From the NCBI GenBank assembly GCA_002269645.1, contig NIVC01003612.1:1-38642 (forward strand): a stretch of 38,642 nt of DNA. The letters run 5' to 3'. Source of the DNA: Macrostomum lignano. Its lineage: Eukaryota. The position numbers were made by a program, and so were the translations under genes. Below, piece by piece: positions 31,901-38,642 of the stretch (positions within the stretch are counted from its first letter, which is position 1; each line of letters begins with the position of its first letter). The notes under the pieces were generated by a model. It had not been told where the DNA came from, did no database searches, and saw only the letters and a program-made list of their open reading frames with translations.

Positions 31901-34900
31901 TGTAGTGAAAATATTGCTCAGTAAGCAAGCGAATGCTGATCATCAAGCTTTTGATGGGCGAACAGCATTGATGTCCGCTGCGTTCATCAACAATGCAGAA
32001 GTAATCCAGATGCTTCTTAACGCGGGTTCGAGTGTCAACATTCGAGATGAGCACGGCAGCACAGCACTTCACATGGCAGCTCAAAGTGGTCACTACGAAA
32101 TCGTCCAATTGTTTTTGGATGCTGGCAGTGATATTGATGGCAAAGGAAAAGGTCAGGCTACACCACTGATTCTGGCCTCCCAAAATGGCCATCAACTTGT
32201 TGTGAGGCTTCTTCTTGATAGAAAAGCTGCTGTAGATTCTGAGGCTGTTCAGGGTAAGACTGCATTGATTGCTGCAGCATTGAACGGTGATGTTGAAATT
32301 GCACAGCTTCTGGTGGCTTCAACGGCCTCAGTTGACAAGCAGGACAGCGACGGCGACACGGCACTCATAGTGGCAGCCTACTTTGGCAAGGAAGCCGTTG
32401 TTCGATTTCTGCTTGATGTGGGCGCTGATCAGAATGTGAGAGACTCAAATAACGGAACAGCACTTCATTCGGCTGCTCAGAACGGATATCTAGAGATTGT
32501 GAAGATGCTTGTAAAATCCTCCTGTGAAATCGATTCACAGGGCAAAGGTCAGGCGACACCGCTCATTCTTGCTGCGGCTAACAAGCACGAAGAAATTGTT
32601 CGGTTTCTAGTTCAAAGTGGTTGCTTAGTAAATACTCAAGCTGTTGATGGAAAAACTGCTATTCTCATTGCTGCTGCCCAGGGTTCTGATTCAATTGTAA
32701 ACCATCTGGTTGATGCGAACGCTGACACAGACGTGCAGGATTGTGACGGACATACGCCTTTAATTATGGCCGCATACTTTGGTCACCCAAAGATTGTTAA
32801 AAGATTGATTGAAGCTGGGGCTGATGTTGATATCAGAGACTGTCATGGAGCGACTGCCTTGCACTTGGCTGCACAGTGTGGACATACAGAAATTGCTAAG
32901 TTACTCATCTCAGCAGGGGCAAATTTAGAGTTTCCTGGCAAAAATAACTCAACTCCTTTGCTTCTCGCAGCACTCAATGGCAGCCTGTCAGTCGTTCGGA
33001 TGCTCATTTCCGTCGGTGCATGTCTGACCGCGAAGACGAAGGATAGGTCCACGGCCCTGCATCTAGCGGTTAGTTCAGGAAATGTTGCAGTCGTGAAGGA
33101 ACTCCTTAAAGCGAAAATTGAGCTGGACCAAAAAGATGAAAATGAAATTACTGCACTTGGACACGCAGCATTTCGCGGACTGCTGGAAATTTTCAAGCTA
33201 CTGATCAACGCAGGGGCAGATTATGAAATTCAAGATGAAGATGGAGATTCCGCATTGCATCTGTCTGCGCAGCTTGGGAACAAGGAAATTGTAGAAATGC
33301 TCTGGAACATCGGTGATGATATCAACAAGGTTGGAAAGGGAGGATCCACGGCACTCCACAGAGCAACAGCAAATGGACACACTGAGCTTGCTATTTTTCT
33401 AATTGTGTGCGGAGCTGATACAAGTGCTCAAACTACAGAAGGAGACACGGCTCTGACTTTTTGCTGCATTCATGAAAATGAGCGACTAGCGCAAATCCTA
33501 GTGGACGCTGGAGTGGAGCTGGACGCACAGAGATCTGATGGAGCCGCAGCCCTACACATCGCTTGTCAAGAAGGTCACACAGCCATTGCAGCTCATATCA
33601 TCGATTGTGGAGCAAACATAAACTTGGCTGGAAAAAATGGCTCTAGTCCGATATTTACCGCTGCGTTTAATAGGCGCACAGAAATAGTCCAGAGACTGAT
33701 CAGGGCGGGTGCGAATGTCGACATTCGAAATAATTCAGATCAGTCAGCTCTGAGCGTAGTTGACCCGGCATCAAGAATCGCAGAATTGCTGCGCCAGGCT
33801 GGTGCAACACCATCAGACTATTCGCTGTTAACGACGTCAATGACAGATAATGATATTCAATATGCAAGAAAGTTCATCAGTACAGAAGAACAGGCGAATG
33901 TCAGAGACAAGAATAATAACACGCTACTTCTAGACGCATGTGGAAGAGGAAACCACAACATTGCTTTTATTCTCCTGAATGCTGGAGCGCATGTCAACGA
34001 AATGAATTCGGACAAGCAGACAGCTTTGTACATGGCTTCGTGTTCGGGGTTTTATAGCACTGTAAAACTGCTAATTGAGTACAAAGCTGAGCTGAAGCAG
34101 CAAGACCAGTACGGAATGACGCCGCTCATGATTGCCGCTCAGAATGGCCATGCCAAAGTTGTGAGCCTGCTTGGCGAAAGAGGTGATACTCCACTTTTAA
34201 AAGAGACAAGATACGTTGATATGAAAAACAATGGCGGAATGACCGCACTGATGCTGGCTGTACGATATGGCCATGTCGGCTGTGTTGACGCTCTACTTAA
34301 ACTCAGGCCAGATCTAAGTGCAAAGGAAGCTAACGGAAATACTGCGGCAATGCATGCAGTGATTTCTGGCCAGCTGCCTATTTTTAAACGTCTTGGAAAC
34401 ATCCAAGAATCATTGCAAGCAGTAAATAATAATGGATATGACTTATTGAAACTAATCACGATTTTCGAACGTCCAGAAATGGTTCAAGAAATAAGTGAAG
34501 CGATCAAAATTCAGTCCAATGAAAGTGCGATCCACCAAGCATTAATGCTGGCAAGAAGGCATAAGCGTTTATTCATCTCTTCTCTACTTAAAAAGCTTCT
34601 CTTGGATGACCCTCTTAAGCCGAATATAATTCACAGGTATGCGAATTGTTATTCATTTGATTTAACGGATCTATGTTCCTTATATTTTTCCACTTTAGTT
34701 TTCTAAAGGATATGGGCTGCTAAACTTTAGGCAGAAGCGAGAGTGCTGTAGCATAGTTGGGAGGCGAAGAAAAACAGGTGAAAATGTTTGACGCTCAGGC
34801 AAAGAAGTATCAATACCAAAATAGAATTCCTTTTCCCAAAGACAATCAGCAAAATTACCAATGTTGAATTGACCCTGTGATTATTACTTTACAGTGCTGG

Positions 34901-37151
34901 TGAAAGGCAAGACGGTGGCTCTTCTACTAACATTAGCAATATGGAGAACTCTGAAGACACTCGCAGTGAATTTATTGGTAATGAACAACTTCATCAGGCA
35001 ATGCTGCAGGCTGGAATAACCTTGCAAAGGGCATTTTTCCAGCGCTGTGTTGCCGAGCTGCATGGAAAGCTCATAGCAGAGCTGAACAACGAAATTGAAG
35101 TAACTGGCAGCTTCGCAGACGGCTGGGGATCCAACTTGTACTGCATCAACGGCATTTTTGATATGTCGGATGTTGACTTCACGCACATTTTTAAGACTGA
35201 AGTTTTTCACATTGAAGGCTGCGACTGCAAGGGCATCGATAAGAAGTACGAATGTTCCGCCGGGCACATCAAATGCAGCAATACTGGTAGGTTTACTTTA
35301 CTATTCGCTAAAATTAGAGTAGATGCACTCTGTAAGCTTCTGCAGCCTACAACACGTGTATTTAGAAAGACATCAGGCCAATGGTAATTTTTTTCCTCAC
35401 TTTAGGATAAAAAGACAATTCTAATGCTTCTGAAGTAATTAAACTCAACATTTGCAGAATCAAACCCAGCGGAAACAACGATGAAATCCGAGCTCAGGCC
35501 CTCCATCGACGAGTGCACTGCCTTTCGCTGCTGTGCAATTCATGTTATCGACGTCTTCGAAAATCCCGGTTGCTTTACCGAATCTACGCTGAATGCAATG
35601 AAGAAGCTGGAGGAAGGAAATTACGCTGAGGGCTTCGGAATTGAACAAATGAATTGGACGGACAGTATGGAACAGACTACACTGTTGGAACGAGCACTAA
35701 CACAGCTACAAGAGATGGGGCTTACGGAAGAGCCGTTAAAGTCACTGATGCAAACACTAAAAATACGACAACAACCCGGAAACAGAAATAAGAAATCAAT
35801 TTCTCTGCCGGCGGACAAAGAGAAACTATTTTATAGCCTCCATCTTATCCGAGCTCAACAGAAGCACGAAGAGACATTTTTATCTGAAGAGACAAATAAT
35901 TCTAACAGGGTGAAGCCGGTCTCGCAGGAGCTGCGAATCAGCACAAGCTTCCTTGAAAGGGAAATCATGAAGCAGCTGCTCCCTGTTCAAGGGCAGCTAT
36001 TCATACTGATCAAGTATCTGCTAAGAGAAGTCGTGTCAAAAGAAGCGCCAGGCTTGAAGTCTTACCATGCAAAAACTCTTCTATTCTTTATGATCAAACG
36101 GACGAGTAGAGAGCAATGGACAGGATCCAACCTGTTTCATCTCCTAAAGGAGTCGCTCTCTTTCTTGCTCACCAAAATGAAAGATTCGGGCGCGAGCGGC
36201 TTTGAATGCATGCCACACTTTTTCATCAAGGATGCAAAGCTTTATTTGAAAGGAGACACTGCAAACAAGCAGAAGGTCATCGAGAGCGTCGAGAGCCTCA
36301 TTAAAAATTTAAATAAACACGTAAATGACTAAATTGAGAAAATAAAGCGAAACGCTGATGAACGTCGAGAATACCTGGAAAGATTCTACTACCATCCGTT
36401 TACGATCATGCCATACTTCTACCCACTGAGGACTTCTGTAGCTTTACCACTGCAAAGTTACGCAGACATTCAAAGACTGATGGAGAATTCGTTAACTGAC
36501 ATGTCCCACGGTACTAATTTCAAAGAGATGGAGGGTTTCGTTGCTAAGATACCAGACTATGCTTTCTCAGTTCGCGAGGGCTTGAAAGTGCTGTACAGAC
36601 TGAGCAGAAACGATATTGATTCAGCGAAAGAGATTTTGAGCAGCTCTGCTAAACACAGAGTGAGGCGATGGCTATCATTTCCCTCTGAGCTGTCTAGTGA
36701 TCAGAAGTGTGATGTCACTCGGTCGCACATCAAGGCGGAGATCTACACGAACGACTATTCCTGGAAGCACTGCTTCCACAGCGACAAGCGACCGGAACTG
36801 AAGTTCCTGTCGGATTTCAGAAGAGAGAAGGGCGACACTCTCGACCTGGCCAAGTATTTCCCTGCAAGGGTGGCTCCGAATGAGACGGCCTTCTACATGA
36901 ACTTCGACTGTCTGCTGAAGTGCCTGCGAGCGGTGCTGCTGCCGGACCTGCAGAGCATCGATGACTGGTTCAGTGAGCTGAAGGAAGACCAGAGCGCCGA
37001 CTTCCTTGAGTACTACCTGTTCGCAAGGTTCAGCAACAACCTGGAGCAGCTGCAGCACGCGCACAAGAGAATGAGAGAGTCTTACGTGACCAGGTACGAG
37101 GAGGTGGTGGAAATCTTCCAGAAGATTGACCGATTGCTGCCCAACTCGTAA
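22864..37151 (+). CDS. Giant ankyrin-repeat / Mab-21 (cGAS-like receptor, cGLR-type) nucleotidyltransferase fusion gene; in-frame TAA at 36330-36332
   Basis: Exons 22864-22903, 26278-34636, 34895-35286 and 35458-37151 join in phases 1, 2, 1 through GT-AG introns. 3221 aa to the first stop, about 3494 aa if it is read through. Confidence 0.85.
23011..24002. repeat. Minisatellite, 31-bp unit, about 32 copies, in intron 1 of the ANK-cGLR gene
   Basis: Unit tgtgagaaaagctgtaatccactgtaggatc, with sequence variants polarised along the array. Confidence 0.95.
24729..24916. mobile_element. MITE with about 28-bp inverted termini
   Basis: ggggcgcttcataaagacctaaatttca versus tgaagtttaggtcttatgaaagcgtccc. 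Confidence 0.65.
25154..25282. repeat. Minisatellite, 16-bp unit, about 8 copies, with TTAGGG-like cores
   Basis: Unit gtcgttaagggtgcgt; variants ttagggg and tttaggg. Confidence 0.9.
25490..25734. repeat. Minisatellite, 21-bp unit, about 12 copies
   Basis: Unit gccaaaatgagtgcatgtg(g/a)a; the variant order shows a duplicated 5-unit block. Confidence 0.95.
26278..34636 (+). CDS. ANK-cGLR gene exon: about 80 ankyrin repeats in a single 8359-nt exon
   Basis: Tandem 33-aa units GxTPLxxAAxxGHxxVVxxLLxxGADVN. The frame extends upstream of the supplied ORF (GRTELHVASSVGQS). Donor AG/GTATGC at 34637; the last 23 codons of the supplied ORF are intronic. Confidence 0.95.
34895..35286 (+). CDS. ANK-cGLR gene exon: nucleotidyltransferase core of the Mab-21 domain
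   Basis: IEVTGSFADGW (GS at 35106-35111) and SDVDF (DxD at 35169-35177); acceptor ttactttacag, donor G/GTAGGT. Confidence 0.85.
35458..36332 (+). CDS. ANK-cGLR gene exon: third catalytic Asp and Mab-21 C-terminal helical bundle
   Basis: SIDEC (Asp at 35508-35510), LRISTSFLERE, LIKYL, LKSYHAKTLLF and MPHFFI are Mab-21 family motifs; acceptor tttgcag, phase 1. Confidence 0.88.
36333..37151 (+). CDS. In-frame C-terminal extension (273 codons, unknown domain) beyond the internal TAA
   Basis: Same frame as 35481-36332 with no further stop until 37149-37151; strongly C/G-ending codons in its 3' half. Confidence 0.6.
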   Translation: MEKIKRNADERREYLERFYYHPFTIMPYFYPLRTSVALPLQSYADIQRLMENSLTDMSHGTNFKEMEGFVAKIPDYAFSVREGLKVLYRLSRNDIDSAKEILSSSAKHRVRRWLSFPSELSSDQKCDVTRSHIKAEIYTNDYSWKHCFHSDKRPELKFLSDFRREKGDTLDLAKYFPARVAPNETAFYMNFDCLLKCLRAVLLPDLQSIDDWFSELKEDQSADFLEYYLFARFSNNLEQLQHAHKRMRESYVTRYEEVVEIFQKIDRLLPNS

Positions 37152-38642
37152 GTACGTTTCTTCGTCGACTCATTAAGCTGTACGCAGTGGCTACTTTTGA
37201 TTGACTGTTGTACTAAAAAGTTCATATTTCCGTGAAGGCTTCGTAAATATTGGCTTTGATTTTTATTGCTATGTAATATACTCAATTTTATACCATTTGA
37301 CAAAATTCGTTTCATTTAGCTCGTAATCAAACGCTATGCAAAGTGATCAGGTAGCTCGCATTAGAATTGGTACCAAAATTTTCCTTGTTTCTACACGAAA
37401 AATTAAAAATATTCGTTTTTAAAAATTTATGTTTCGTATCATGTTAATTAGAGTAGCCGAATGGGTTAATCACTTACAATTGCACGTAACCTGCTGTCAT
37501 ACTTTGTCATGTCCAATCAAACCTTGGTCAGGTTGGTCAGTGTACAAACAATAGGAACATCAAAAGAAATGTTCTTAAAGCTTTCAGATTTGTTCCTTAG
37601 AAAACTTCTACCTTAAAGATTGATTCGGAGCTTTGAAGCAAGGAATTCATGAAATGAAGTATTCGGTCATGCAAATGAATCACTTCAGTTATTTATGAAT
37701 TACATTGCTTGAGTGACGTTCTGTGGAGGGTCCCCACCGTTTTAACTGAAGTCAGTCACGTGCCATGTGATAATTATTGGGGTTTAGAAAATATCACGAG
37801 CCCTGACAACTCATGATACTACCCCCCCCCCCCCCCGGTTGTCGCAATGCATCTCGCAGCCAAAACCTTCGTCTAGAGAAAGTTCGACGATCGATTAACG
37901 AGTTTATCGTCCTTCTGTAGCTGTCCCAAGTACCACTATAGAAGTTACCGTTGTATCATACCGTAACACTCGAAAATATTTCAAAATTAACAATGGTAAC
38001 CTTCTGTAGTCGTTGATCTGTCCATGAGTGAGGTGAGCAGCTGCTGAACCCGATAGAATTGATAAAATTGTCAGTCCAAAAAGGTGACTTGCGCCACCAC
38101 GTCCACCCACCTGCTGTAATTTAGAGGGGACAGATCAGGGTCAATTTTTTTAACCATGTTACTTTTGTACGAGTCTACGTGCGTTCCTAAATTTAACTTA
38201 AAGTTTAACTTTAAAATTAAACTTTTAAAGTTAACTTAAAAATTTAAATTTTCGTTTATTCAGACTTTTTGTGTGCTCAGTGGTAATTTTTAGTTTAATC
38301 CTCAGTTGGATCTGCTTTCTGTAATTTATGCAGTGATACAGTGATATGGTTGATATGGTTTTAGGGTTAGGATTAGGGTTTTTAATTATGCTTTTTGATC
38401 GGTATTAAGTCAGGTATATAAGTAAGGCTGGATTCAACTGAAACTCATGATTCCTATTGTACTCTTTTGCTGACATTTTCATTATTGATCTTTAGCAAAC
38501 CTCTTCTGTAGCAGACTGGTATTTTCGTACTTTTGTGTATACGCGTTCAGCTGCATGCAAAATTTATATACATTTACATTTACATTACAATTGCATAATT
38601 TACATTACCAATGGAATACAATTTTTTCACAATATCAAAATG

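Noticed and set aside
26497-34459. Many 60-127 aa minus-strand ORFs opposite the ankyrin exon
   Set aside because: Antisense shadows of a long coding exon; no motifs
26364-34706. Bacterial endosymbiont ankyrin gene or contamination
   Set aside because: Embedded in a spliced gene with in-phase GT-AG introns and flanked by host-type repeats
34709-34777. Mini-exon inside the ANK/Mab-21 intron
   Set aside because: The only phase-preserving version contains an in-frame TAG
35346-35383. Mini-exon or later donor in the second Mab-21 intron
   Set aside because: Creates TAG or TGA stops; the donor at 35287 gives a clean frame
37822-37836. 15-nt poly-C run
   Set aside because: Simple homopolymer with no supporting context

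Overview
Eukaryotic (animal, invertebrate-type) genomic DNA with spliceosomal introns, many minisatellites and small non-autonomous transposons. The style recalls the flatworm Macrostomum, but that is inference only. Two large immune-type genes lie head-to-head, with start codons about 4.5 kb apart. (1) Minus strand, ATG 18315, running off the left end of the window: a gene of at least 24 exons and about 1550 aa encoding a secreted mosaic lectin. Its domains are signal peptide, F5/8C (discoidin) x2, C-type lectin, a discoidin-like segment, a half-kringle, fucolectin/FTP-like, FAMeT-like, F5/8C, FTP-like, F5/8C x2 and C-type lectin. I rebuilt it by hand from splice sites and phases. Exons 1-19 splice into one open frame; three of the last five exons are each one base short. 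(2) Plus strand, ATG 22864: an acidic 13-aa leader, one 8.36-kb exon of about 80 ankyrin repeats, then two in-phase introns joining it to a Mab-21/cGAS-like nucleotidyltransferase (cGLR-like) with intact GS, DxD and D catalytic motifs. This gives 3221 aa up to an in-frame TAA at 36330, and a further 273 codons stay open in the same frame. The other long ORFs in the supplied track are minisatellite artefacts. All domain calls are by-eye motif recognition; no database searches were run.
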